NCBI GenBank assembly: GCA_030265395.1
Contig: JARFYF010000094.1
Coordinates: forward strand, 19,180,190-19,244,189
Origin: Rhina ancylostomus
Lineage: Eukaryota
Length of the DNA stretch: 64,000 bases
Reading direction: 5' to 3'
Shown: positions 35,988-48,341 of the stretch, piece after piece
Layout: each line of letters starts with the position of its first letter
How positions within the stretch are numbered: the first letter of the stretch is position 1
The notes under the pieces: model-generated
The model's input: the letters and a program-made list of their open reading frames with translations, nothing else
Database searches by the model: none
What the model was told of the DNA's origin: nothing
Translations under genes and position numbers: made by a program

Positions 35988-37741
35988 ATACGTTCGATCT
36001 TTCTGATTGACGGATCATGTTTTAGGCCAAAAATCATAACTCAAATTTATGGGAACTGCAGCAGAAGCAGATGAAATTATTTTGCTCAATTACAATATTG
36101 TGCCTATGTTAAACTTCCTGCAATACTTCAACTGCCTTTGTGTGTAATAGCTGATCAAAATAAAAACTTTAAATGAGCAATTAACCACAAAGATTCCTTC
36201 ATTGGTCTTTGCCAATGTAGGCAAGACGGTTATAATGTCATTATCGTACACTATTTCCTTTGTTCTGGGCTGGTAGAAAAGATAAATAGATTATGTACAC
36301 CAAAAAGAGGTCACAGAAGCATTTCTTGTGTCAGGACCATTTGGATTGGACATCACTAATATCAATGAAACATTTTCAGGGACCTCTCATTCAGAACAAA
36401 ATGGGACTCTATGTCTATAACTAGCCCTATTTTGAATATATATTATTGCTAATGACTGCTCCTTGGCAATGCATTTTTGAAAAGATTTCATAAAGACATC
36501 ATTTTTGACAGAAGATACTTAACCTAGCTGATAAATGATTTATTTTACTTAATCTTACTGTTGTTAATTAATTAGTTTCTCTTTTACAAACAGATTGACA
36601 CCGTTGTTAACTGACAGTCTCAGGAGGCAGGGAGGTCAACGTTTCGTTTTAGCTCCATTAAAAATTTAAATAGGTTGAGTTGACATATTCTTAGTAATGA
36701 AAGGAGAAACCACATGACCTGAAAGTTTTGCATGGAAAGNNNNNNNNNNNNNNNNNNNNNNNNNNNNNNNNNNNNNNNNNNNNNNNNNNNNNNNNNNNNN
36801 NNNNNNNNNNNNNNNNNNNNNNNNNNNNNNNNNNNNNNNNNNNNNNNNNNNNNNNNNNNNNNNNNNNNNNNNNNNNNNNNNNNNNNNNNNNNNNNNNNNN
36901 NNNACTCTCTCAAGTATAATCATTGGAGAGAAACACAGTGGCCAATTCATACACTGCACAATTCCCCACACAACATGACAATAATTAACCAAATATTAGC
37001 ATAGAAATTCTTCTGCATTGAAAAAAATGAGTTAAAATGGAGACACAAAGTACCGTGAAATTTCTTTCGGGGTCTGGATCCATTTCTTTTGCACACAATC
37101 TGCAAAACATGCACAAGTTCTGCAAATCCTAGGCTTTCTGTGGGATTATTATCAGCAAAGTATTGAGAAGTGCAATTTTAGAAAGTGTAATCTCTTATCA
37201 TGACAGCAATTACAAAATTAATTCTTAATATTTATACTCATGGTGGTTCTGACCCCTGCAGCCTCAACAGAAAAGGAAGCCAGCTTTATCTGTGGATTCT
37301 AAAACATCAGATCAACTGCGAGTATTAGTTGAGGAGCTGCTGACAACTTGGTAGGTACTTATGGTGGAACATGCCTTCAGATACCAATTAAGGTATTTTC
37401 AGTTTCTGAAGCTTGCTTCCATTCCATAATATTGCAACAATGACAGAGAGAATATGCAAAACCCACACAGTCAAAACTGGTCAGGATCAAAGTCAAGTCC
37501 TTGAAGCTGTGAAGATAGACACCTACAGAGACCTGAACTTTGGTCACAAGTTATTGATCCTACTGCACAGAGAAAGCAGTATGCAATACAATTTCTGGCC
37601 CCAAATATACTTCAGAATTATTGACGGATCAATATTAGTTAAGGCATCAGACATACTTTCTGGAAAAACAAACAATTAAAACAATATCTGTGGAGGAAGA
37701 AACAGTTTTAAAGGGCCCCAAATGTACTTACCTTTTTGAGT

Positions 37742-38578
37742 CTAAGAGTCAGAGTTATACAGCACAGAAACTCATCAAAAACCAACCAAGGTGCCTTCCT
37801 GAGCTAGTCCCATTTGCCTGCATTTGGCCAGTATCCCTCTAATCCTTTACTATCCATGTACCTGTACAAGTGTCTTGTAAACATTGTAATTATACCCACC
37901 TCTACCTCTTTCCCTAGCAGCTTGTTCCATATTCATACCACATTCCGTGTGGAAAAAGTTGCTCTTCAGATCTCCTTTAAATCTTCCCCCTCTCACCTTA
38001 AACCTATGCCCTCTAGTTTTAGACTCGCCAACAGTGGGAAAAAGACGGACCATCCAGCTTACCTATACCACTCATGATTTTATAAACCTCTGAGGTTACC
38101 GCCCAGCCTGCTTTGCTCCAAGAAAAACAGTCCAAGCCTATTTAGTTTCCCCTTATAATTCAAGCCCTTCAGTCCTGGCAACATCTTTGTGAAACTTTTC
38201 TGCAACCCCTCCAAATTAATGACATCCCTCCTAAGGCTGGGTGACCAGAACTGCATGCAATACTCCAGGTATGGTCTAACCTATCTCTTGTACAGCTGTA
38301 ACATGACATTTCAGCTCCAGTACTCAGTTACCCAACTGATGAAGGTAAGCATGTCATATGCCTTCACCCCCTGGTCAACCTGTGTTACCACTTTCAGGGA
38401 ACTTGGGTCTCACCATTATACAACACTCCCAGGACTCTCATTCATTGTCTGTGGTTTAACTTCCCAGAATGCATCATTTCACACAGAGTCAAATTCCATT
38501 TGCCAATCCTTGGCCCACTTTCCCAGTTGATCTAGATTTTTGTTTTGTAACCTTACACAACCTTCTTCACTGTCCACA
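37742..38578 (-). mobile_element. CR1 3' region
   Basis: ORF LFPTVGESKTRGHRFKVRGGRFKGDLKSNFF; tail AGAGTTATACAGCACAGAAAC. Confidence 0.9.
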
Positions 38579-39489
38579 GTAAAGCGATTTGGATTTATTT
38601 TCTTTATTTAATTTAAATATTTTAATTAATTTGTATGACAAACAAACATTTAAATACTTTTTATTTTTATCTTTTGGAGTGGTTGTTTTTAAAATGTCTC
38701 TGATGATCCAAATGTCTCTGATAAATCCTACATTTAAACATAGGTCAAAAAGAGCTGCCAAAATGTTCAAGGCATCAATAACAGAGCCTCAGATCTTCCA
38801 TCTGAGACCTAGTCAGCACTTGCAGACCTCTTCACTGTGCAGGATGGCTATGGAGGCAAAGGTTTATGTTTGTTCAGACTCATGGGGAGTGGGCTGGACT
38901 GACCATGATTCAGGCAACATTTTGGGCAAATGACCTTTCATACAAAATGCAAAGTATTAAAAATAAGACAAGTTTTAAGATGCAAAGAAAACGGAGAGAG
39001 GAGTGGACTGAATGAAAGACAGGTCTGCAGCAGGGCAGGAAAGATTAAACGACAGCACAGTACAATGGTGCGAGTCAAAAAGTGTGTGCATGTATGCGCA
39101 GGCAGAGGGGTAGTGGGATAGAGAACTTAAATGACAAATAGTCAGAACCTTGGGGTTCATGCTTATGGACCAAATTAAGTTTTTCTTGCAATCTGTTTTT
39201 CGATCTGCATTTGATCTCATAAATCCAGAAGGCAGCAGGTGAGTAACATAAGTGAATACTAAATTGAAAGCAGCACAAGTTATTTCATCCAGTAATTATT
39301 TTTTGGAGTCCTGATTGATCTGTAGTGGGCACAAGTTTAAAAATACGCAAGTGCGGCAACATAAAACTTGTTTGATCCCCAACTTTTTCCAATCTGATAA
39401 AAAAACACATTAACTAGAAACTTTATTTCTTTTCCCACATATTCCGCCTGATCTGCCAAGTATTTATAGCATTTTATGATTTTATACGA

Positions 39490-39640
39490 TGAATCCTTTA
39501 CATTTACCCAAAGACAGATAGGGCTCAGTTTAATTGTCTCATCTGAAAGACAACACCTCCAAATATTCCTTCAGTATTGTAATAAAAGTCTCTGAGGTCA
39601 GGCTTGAATAAATGACCTCCCAATTCTGATAATGGTATAT
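39490..39640 (-). mobile_element. DeuSINE (SacSINE1-like) fragment
   Basis: CAGATAGGGCTCAGTTTAA.TGTCTCATCTGAAAGACAACACCTCC resembles the Deu-domain region. Confidence 0.6.
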
Positions 39641-40285
39641 TAAATGTGATCTAAAAATGTATATCACTTTCACAACTATAGCTGTACAAAATATCTGATC
39701 AGAATACATACACATATAAAATGTATGAAGTATTAGTAACAAATGAAAACATCAAATACATTTGCTGTTAGTTATCAATGATATGCATGTGAATTGATCA
39801 AGCAATTCATTTCTCAAATAATTTTCACCAAGCTTAATTTACTATTGCCCCCAATCAGGTTCCCAGAACTCCATTTACCTAATAATGTAAGAAGTGAACT
39901 CAATCTGCACACATAAGGTGAAGATCCTTCAGTGAAACAAAGGCCACATCTAGCCCTATTGACCTGTTGTAAACATCTAGTATCACTTTGTTAAAGGTTG
40001 ACAGTAGACATTGGACAATAATCACCCAGAATAGATTTTCCCTTTTTCTTAAGGCAGGGACACAGTAGGCAATATTCCACAGTGATAGCCAGATGCCATT
40101 GTTACAAGAGTTACAAAACAGCTTATTAGAGTCTTGACTAGACAGGATGTGAGTTTGTCCCAATACAGGGTTAATAAATACTTTGCAATATAACAGTGTT
40201 TGCATTTGACACAAATGCAAAAGTGTGAATGAAAATTATTTAGGGGCACAATGAAGTTATTTCAAAAAACACAATTTGATGCTTG

Positions 40286-40550
40286 GAGACACAAGAGATT
40301 GCAGATGCTGAAATCTGGAGCAACAAAGAATTTGCTGGAGGAACTCAACTAGTCAAGCAGCATCCGTGGGTGGGTGGGNNNNNNNNNNNNNNNNNNNNNN
40401 NNNNNNNNNNNNNNNNNNNNNNNNNNNNNNNNNNNNNNNNNNNNNNNNNNNNNNNNNNNNNNNNNNNNNNNNNNNNNNCAGGGGGGGGGGGGGGGGGGGC
40501 GGGGAAGAAGGGAAATGTTGAAGTTTCGGGTCGAAACCCTGCATCAGAAC
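40286..40550 (-). mobile_element. Penelope pLTR (gap and G-run inside)
   Basis: GAGACACAAGAGATTGCAGATGCTG...TGCTGGAGGAACTCA...GCAGCATC...GTTTCGGGTCGAAACCCTGCATCAG. Confidence 0.88.
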
Positions 40551-40551
40551 A
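40516..40551 (-). ncRNA. Minimal type-I hammerhead motif with UUCG-capped helix II
   Basis: Minus strand TGTT-CTGATGC-A-GGGT-TTCG-ACCC-GAAA-CTTC-AACA: helix I TGTT/AACA, GAAA intact, NUH = UUC, core reads CUGAUGCA. Confidence 0.65.
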
Positions 40552-40609
40552 ACTTGATGCTTGCCTATTTCTACAAAGGATGATCTTCATCTATTGACTT
40601 GACTGCCCC

Positions 40610-40985
40610 AGCTTGGCTGGGTTAGGAGCACTCACAATTCAGAAGTTACAGGTTCAAATTAAGACGTGAAGTGGAATGCCTCAATTCTATGAATCTCAGT
40701 ATCTTAGAGTTACAGCATCAGTTATTCCATCTTTTGGATGAAGCATCAAATCAAAAAAAACTCCACTTATTCCAATACTCAGGTTAACAAAGATTCTGTA
40801 GCCCTAGTCACATATTCAGTATTTCACTTCGAGCACTAAAATGCAGTCAATTACCAATTCAGATGGCAGACACTACAAAATTGATGGCTGCTGTTTCCTG
40901 CTCAGCAATAACTACACTTTCAGAACTGTGTAGTAATTTCGGATGACAGAAACATTGATAAGACTTTGCACAAAATCCTTCAGTT
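40610..40985 (+). mobile_element. Degenerate DeuSINE (SacSINE1-like)
   Basis: tRNA-like head TCAGAAGTTACAGGTTCAAAT, CATCTTTTGGATGA, tail GGCTGCTGTTTCCT...ACTACACTT. Confidence 0.6.
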
Positions 40986-42369
40986 TCCTCCTTGCTCACG
41001 CTCAATAAAATGGAAGCTGTGCAATGCTACCAAGAAGCAGGATAATGCCAAACTACCCCACATGTTCAATACTCCTTAAAGATAAACTAACTTCAAAGCA
41101 CTAATTAAGCTATTAAAAAAAAGACACACCCTTAGAGCTCCCTACAAAATGGACAAGTCAAGAGCTTAAAAAAAGCAGGTAGACCAATCAAGAAAATTGC
41201 ATACGGACAGGTCAGACTGCTGCTGAACAAACAGGATTGATTGAAAAAGTTATTAATGCTTCAAAGTCTGAAGTATAATTATTTTGGGGCACGAAGAGCA
41301 AAGATATGTTGAATAAGTGCAAGAAAAATAACAGAAAAGAGCAAAAGAATGAAGTTAAAGTAAAATAAAAGGTACATTAAAAGATAAACAAAATAAATAT
41401 AATAAATAGTTAGCTGGTAATTAGCATTTGCCTTTATAGTCTGAAGATTGCATGAAAAAGGAAAAGAAAACCTCCACTATATCCANNNNNNNNNNTATAT
41501 CCAGGACCTTAAACAGAAAAGGTAGAGTAGAAAACTGTGAGATAAGTAACTCTATTAGAGGGATGCATGAAAGAGGTCCACTATATAGGATAGTGTTTAC
41601 TCTACTTAGAAAGTATGCAGTTCAGAAGAGCACTGTTATAATAATAGTGTGGATGAGTGGAGAAAGACAAGAAAAGTGCAATGTAGAGTAAATAAGAAAG
41701 ATAAAGGCACAATTGTCACACAGAATAAGGAGTAATAGTGCAAGCTTCTTTCTGATGTTCATTAGAGACAGACATAACCTCGAAGGTTATTCATGGAAAG
41801 CTGGCAACTGTTGGAGTATAAACTGAAAATTGGCATTCTTAAAAGTTACAAGAGTAGCTATAAAAAGTAATCAGAAGCATAACTTTTAACATAACAAACT
41901 TAATACTGCTATTATTACATAAAATATATAATACAGATATAAGCCAATTGGCTCAATTACTTGAAATGTCTTTCTACTTTCTCCTTTAGTGGGGTCTCCA
42001 TAGGGCTAGAATTTGTTCGGAAATACCAACAGCCCCACACTGACCTGCCGTCACTTCCCATGTCAGGAAGTTTGCAAACACGGAAATACCGAACTTCCTC
42101 GGGTTTTGCTGACTGCATTCCAATGTTGGGCTCTTTATAGAACTCCAGCAGCAACATCTGAACCTGTTACGATTTCCTACCATTTATGATGGGAAATTTG
42201 TCTGCTGAAACTGTTCCAGTTTTACATTGATAGGTGCCAGCTATAAGACTGGCTGTGAGGAGCAATGGTGGCAGGTGAATTACAATTTTTGACAGTATAG
42301 ATTAACATTAATGCCATTTGAAATTGCTAAGTATAAAGCATTGGCCATGTCACACACCTTTGTTAATTC

Positions 42370-42845
42370 AGATGAAGATGGAAATTTAGGCTTCAACAGA
42401 ATTTAGTTTGGCATAGCAACATTTACTAAGATGTTGACATGACTAGAAAATCATTGCTATGAGCAAAGATCAGTTGTGAGTTATTTTCTTTGGAACAGAT
42501 GTAGCGAAGGAGAGACTAATTGAGATGTATAAAATTATGAGAAGCCTGGATAGAAAGGCCCCATTTCCCTATGTAGAGGGGTCGAAAATCAAGGGCATAA
42601 ACTTAAAGTGATTGGTAGAAGATTAGAAAAAATGGGAGCAAAGCCCTCTATCATCCAGGAAGTGGTAGGGATATGGAATTCACTGTTTGAAAGAGTGGTA
42701 GAGGCCGAAACTCATGTCAAATTTAAATACAAATTGGATATGTACTTCAAGAGCCATCAGCAGGAAGGCCAAGGATCTTGTGCTTGAAAATTGGATATGA
42801 CTGACCAAATGTCTTCCTTTTGTGCCATAAAATTTCAAATTCTAA
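42370..42845 (+). mobile_element. Degenerate CR1 3' fragment
   Basis: TTTCTTTGGAACAGA..GGAGAGACTAATTGAGATGTATAAAATTATGAG...TGGAATTCACTG. Confidence 0.75.
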
Positions 42846-43874
42846 GATTGCAGTTCAGCAATTCCTTCAGGTTCTGAATCATTAGTGCATCTTCCTTCAT
42901 TGTTGGTTTCAGAACTATATTTTATTTAAGCTCCTCTCTCGAGACTGCCTTCAAACTGTCCTTCCTGCCTCTGATTTATGTTCTCTAAACCCTCAGTATT
43001 TACCCCCACATCAACATTTTAGTTATATTTCCCAAAATCCTTTGCCATTAACCCGAATGTTATTTCCTCTATTCAATGGAGAGAAAGAACATCTCAGGGA
43101 TTTATGAAAGACGTGTGAACTGCTTTTCACAAAGATGTCACAACAATTATTCCAAGTTAAAAAAATGAAAATGCTGGATACTCATCAGATCAAAGAGCAT
43201 TTGTGATTAATAGCAGAATTAATTTTTGAAATATTTTTATTAAAAAATTCATACCTCAGTTGTTCCACATAATCACATCAGTGCATGATACTTGGCTCTG
43301 AATTTCAGAGGCAGAATTGAACATGCTGACATGATTACAGTGCATTGCTCCCTTCAGAACTTTGGGATAACCCAAATTTGTAAAGGCAAAAAAAACTTCT
43401 AATGAGGCTATTGTGACAGGTGCTGCTGTTGATACTTCATTTCTTATCACAGTAATCACTGTGATAACTAATTAGTGGTTTCTAGGATATTAAGTCTTGT
43501 GTGACAGAAGGAAATGCATTATTTCCTAGCAGCATTGTATAATAATTTAGGAATATAAAAACTGTAACAGTAACAAAAAATGATTTTAAATATTTGATAG
43601 ATATTACCACACCACACTTCTTTTAGAATGTTTCCCAAAACATCTAAAGTACAAATAGATATTTTTATAAATATCCTAATGTTCCAGTAAACTAACATCA
43701 TTCCTTTAAAATTCTTTCCTATTGAGACAAAAATTCTTATGGTCAATTGTCCCAATTGTAATCACAGGTAAAAACTTTGAACATTTATTGGACCATTTAT
43801 TTCAAAGTACATGTTATTCTATATGAATATCAAAGTCTTCTCCATGAATGTTTTCACGATGTTTTATATCTGTT

Positions 43875-44183
43875 TATTAAAATTCAAAATTTTACCTTTT
43901 TAAAGATAGTCACATGTACATCGAAACACACAGTGAAATGCAACTTTTGCACAGTGTGTTCTGGGGGCAGCCCACAAGTGTCACCATGCTTCCAGCGCCA
44001 ATATAGCATACCCACAACTTCCTAACTGTACATCTTTGGAACATGGGAGGAAACCGGAGCACCTGGAGGAAACCCACGCAGACACGGGGAGAACATACAA
44101 ACTCTTACAGTGGCTGGAAATGAACCCAGGTCGCTGGCACTGTAAAAGCGTTATGCTAACCACTACACTACTGTGCCTGCCCA
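43875..44183 (-). mobile_element. V-SINE with tRNA head and a Rex1-like 3' tail
   Basis: V domain (plus strand) GGGAGGAAACCGGAGCACCTGGAGGAAACCCACGCAGACACGGGGAGAACATACAAACTC; tail GCATTTCACTGTGTGTTTCGATGTACATGTGAC on the minus strand. Confidence 0.88.
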
Positions 44184-44449
44184 TACACTACTGTGCCTGT
44201 CCATTAATATTTAATATTCAGCAAGCAAACCAAATCACAGCTACTATGAAAGACAGAGAATGCTTCACCAAATGATTTTATAAAAACAATCTTACTGATG
44301 ATAAAACTACTTGCATTTACATAGCAATGTAGCAGAACACCAGAAGACACTTGAGTGCTATCAAAATGTTGACACAAAGCTGCAGAACTGACTATTACAA
44401 GCTTCGTTACAGATGCAGTTTTTAAGAATCAAAAGGAGAGGAATGTGGA

Positions 44450-45770
44450 AATAGAAGTAAATTATTTAATCTTGCAAGCCTGTTCCACTATTTCATGATA
44501 TCAAGGTGGATCCGTAATACAATTCCATAAACTTGCTTTCTTCCCCCTCATCACTTAATACCTTTGGTTAACAATAATAATCTTTGAATCAAAACCAACT
44601 GACTTTTGCATCAAAGGCCAATCGTTTAAGAATTTTCTAAAACATTTCGCATGCTTTGTAACTTCACCCTGAAAGAGCTGATTAATTTTTAGACTATGTC
44701 CTTTAGTCCTCGACTCCCCAACATCCAGATAAACACACATTAACTTTCTGATTTTCAGGGAACACTATTTTGTTTGTGTAATCTCTCATCATGGTCAAAT
44801 CACAGGAGTCCAACTACCATTCTGGTAAACCCATTCTGTACTCTCCCCAAGATTTAAAAATTTGGTTTCTAGAACCTTTTTATTGTATTCCAGTTATTAT
44901 TAAACTTGGGCTTGTACTGCTCTAGAATGGCATCTAGTCCAGTCCTCGTGATATAAAAGCCAGCATTCAATTAGCTTTCTCAATTGCTCTCTGTGCCTAT
45001 TCATTGTATTTAATAATCTAGAGATGTAGATGACCATCAACCAACCCTCCCCAGAGTCTTTGGACCTCCAATGTTTCACCTTTTTCACCAGTTAGACAAT
45101 ACACTGTTCTATCCATTTTAGATTCAAAGAAAATGAGCTTGAATTTACCAAAGTTTTCTTATTATATTTTTGCAATTCTATGCCTCCCTTTCCACAAATT
45201 ACATTGTCACCCATCTCAGTAGCAAATTTGGACATGTGCTTTTCAATCACAACATGCTATTTCCTAACCAAATCAATACACTGTTTTCAATTCCATCAGT
45301 TGCAACTTATTTTTGGAAGGACTTTTATCAAATGTCTGTAGATGTATATATCAATAACATTCATAGTCATTCCCCAGTCCACAAATTTAATCACCTCTTC
45401 AAAAAAAATTCAATCAGATTTGACAGGTATGACTTATCACTTACAAATCCATGCTGATACTCTTTGATCAAATGAAAATGTTCAAGGTGTTTGATCATAC
45501 TCTTCTTTAATTATTGACAGTAACATTTTTCCAACAGATGTTAGGCTAACTAATCTATAATTCCCTGTTTTCTCTCTTTCACTCTGAATAGTGGAATAAT
45601 AGCATGATTTTCCAATCTGAATAAATAGGCCCCAAGTGGATGGTTATAGTTGTGGCACCTGAAAGGTTGTTATCTATTTTCTTTAAAACTCTAATGGAAT
45701 GAATCCATGTGCAAGACTTTAATGCCATTATTTCCTTCATTGCTGCAATTTCGTTCATGTTAATTTTGGC
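44450..45770 (-). mobile_element. Long degenerate CR1 copy
   Basis: DVGESRTKGHSLKI; ACAAATCCATGCTG (QHGFV on minus); GTTAGGCTAACTAATCTATAATTCCCTG (NYR.VSLT on minus). Confidence 0.75.
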
Positions 45771-45797
45771 AAACCTCTACTGAATTCAACCTTTTGT

Positions 45798-47190
45798 CAT
45801 AAAAACAGAAATTAATGGAAACACTCAGCTGGTCAAACAACAAACAAGGTTAATGTTTTGGGTCAATGATCCGTTTTCAGAACTCAGAAAGAGAAAACGA
45901 GCTAGTTGTAGGTTGCAGAAGTATGAGAGAAATGAATAGGATGAAGAGAATATATCTGATAAGCAAGGCCAGAGTTGCCATGGTGATGTTGTAAATGGCT
46001 ATTCAATCATTTTGTTAAATGGGGACTTTTAAAGAAAAACAAATTGAAAAAGAAAGCCATGAGATGAGGGGAATAGGAGAGTAAGAATACAAAGAAAGAA
46101 CATGAAAAGGTCCAAAATATGGAGCATGCCCAGCAGGTCAGGCTGTGTTAATGGAGAGAAAAAACTGAACCAATATCATAAATGGCTGACTTTCAACAGA
46201 AATGGCCAGTTCTGAGAGAGAAAGTGATTTACTCAAAATTGTAGACTTCCCTATCAAGTACGTTAGACAGCAACAAGCCAAGACAGAAGATGAGGTACTA
46301 CTCCTCAAGTCAGAGGAGGTGGTGGAATCAGATACAATTATTTTGTTTAAGAGGCATTTAGATAGACACTTAAATAGGTGAGACATAGAATGATACAGTC
46401 GTACTGTGAACAAACGGCTATTGTGTAGATGGACAGGTGGTTTAGCATGGACATGGTGTTCCAAAGGGCGTACATCCAAGCTGTCACTCTATGATCTATC
46501 GAGCAGTGCAAGAAGCCAAACAGATGGGTATGAGTGGGACTGAGAATTAAAATGGCAAGCAACTGGAACTTTGAGTCAGCCCTGTGAAGTACTTCATTTG
46601 GAAGGACTGCTTGGGGAGTGGTTTTTGGACAGTGGTTTTTGGACAGTAGAGGGGGAGTCAAAAAGGGAATAGTCACTTCAGAGTGCTGTAAGGGGAGCAT
46701 AGAAGATGTGTTTGGTGGTGGAATGTTGTTGAAGCTGGTAGAAATTGTGAAGAATGATTTATTGAATGTAGAGGCTGGTGGGATGGAAGGCAAGGATCAG
46801 CAGAACTCTGCTTTGTCTCAGTTCCTCCATCTCAATCACATTTATGATAAGACTTCCAAAAGGGTGCCTCTGTGATATCTTCCATCTCCTTGAACTGTGG
46901 CTTTACCTCTACCATATGTAATGGAGCCCTTGACCTTTGCAACTCCCTGATCTGCTCTATCAGCAGGTGGGGCATTGACCTGCAGGAAATGCCACATCTG
47001 TCCTGTCAGCTCTTTCCTTCCCAACATTTAGGATCTCAAACACTCTTTCCAACTGAAGCAGGTGGTTCACTTGCACGTCTTCCAATCTAGTGTACAACTT
47101 TTGGTGTTGAGACATTGGAGAAACTCAGACAGGATGGCCACTTTCCTGTTTTTACCCCAGATTTCAGGCATTTGCAATTTTTTGACTTTC
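45798..47190. mobile_element. Head-to-head Penelope pair: minus copy (45798-46810) and plus copy (46811-47190), with a CR1 3' end inserted at ~46310-46500
   Basis: Minus strand RVLLILAFHPTSL.IQ..ILHNFYQLQ and PVACHFNS; plus strand SQFLHL...GFTSTICNGALD and FTCTSSNLVY...IGET (GIY-YIG); pLTR remnants at both outer ends. Confidence 0.8.
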
Positions 47191-48169
47191 AACATTTTGA
47201 CAGGACACCATCCTCCATCTCCACTACAAATGTAAATAAAACTAATCTTTCAACTTTTCCGACCTTTTCTTTTACTCTCTTTAAAGGACCCACATTACCC
47301 CTGACCATCCTTTTAATCTTAACTTTAGTTTTAGTTCTGATGGAGTGGCCAAGTATTGATCTTTTGGGGATTCTAAAGGTTACTGTTACAACAATGCAAA
47401 ATAAAGCAATGAAGTGAATTTCTTTGTCATAATTCAACATGTAGGAATGGAAACAAACTTCTTGGCAACACCTATAAAACCATCTCATAAATAGGCGACA
47501 TTGGATTTCTAGGCTTGCCAAAATTCTGTTTAAAGTTCTTTGCAAAAAGGTCACTTGCCTGGCAGATGTCCAGACAACTTGGGTATTTTATCAGGGTTTG
47601 TTTTATTATTTTAGGAGAATACTCAGCACTATTTATGAATTGCCTTTATTCCAATGTCTACAGCTTTCATTGTCAGAATGTTTAGGAGACAAAAAAAGCA
47701 ATTTCATACAAGGCATTTCTGAAGTAATCAATAAAAAGAGAAGCTGCCTGCTGGGTGCCATACAAATATCAATACTTGGTCTATAGACTCCATAGTCACA
47801 AAACAATAGCAAATGAACAAAAACATTAAGCCTTCAGAGTTTTCCCTTTACTGAAATTATTCCCATTCCTATTGGCTGCAAGCTTAAGTCAAAGTGACCT
47901 TTTTGATCATACTTGGGTCCAACTTTAATTGAGCAGTCTGGTTGTTGAGGTTCATTGGCACAACATATGGTCTGCAGCAAAAAAGTGGTCAATGATCTGC
48001 TTGAATATTGCATTCTTATAATTTAAACATTGTACTGCACTGAACTGTTTCATAACAGATGCACAAGATGAACAAAGGACCTGCCACACTGCAGAAGCAA
48101 GGGACTACATTGCAATCTCCAATTCAGACTTGCATATAATGAAACAACCCATTTAGTCAGCTCCCAATT

Positions 48170-48341
48170 CAGGTCCCACCAGACTTATGTATAGCCCGTA
48201 AATACAGACACGCGCTTTGGAGACAAGTAGCACAGATTTGCCAGCTGCTCCAAGGCTGCAGGCATCTTCCTCCACCTGGAACCTCGGATAGCAGCCGCAG
48301 TTCACAGGAGTGGAACCCTGCCGTAACCTGGGGACAATCTG
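48170..48341. mobile_element. Tigger/pogo-like MITE, copy 2 (internally shorter)
   Basis: Shares GGAGAC.AG.AG..GATTTGCCAGCTG..GGCTGCAG, CAGTTCA.AGGA..GGAAC.CTGCC.TAACCTGGGGA..ATCTGCATCA with 25148-25367. Confidence 0.78.

Noticed and set aside
43444-43467. TTATCACAGT-AATC-ACTGTGATAA palindrome resembling miR-101 arms
   Set aside because: A 10-bp stem with a 4-nt loop is too short for a pre-miRNA and is plausible by chance in AT-rich DNA.
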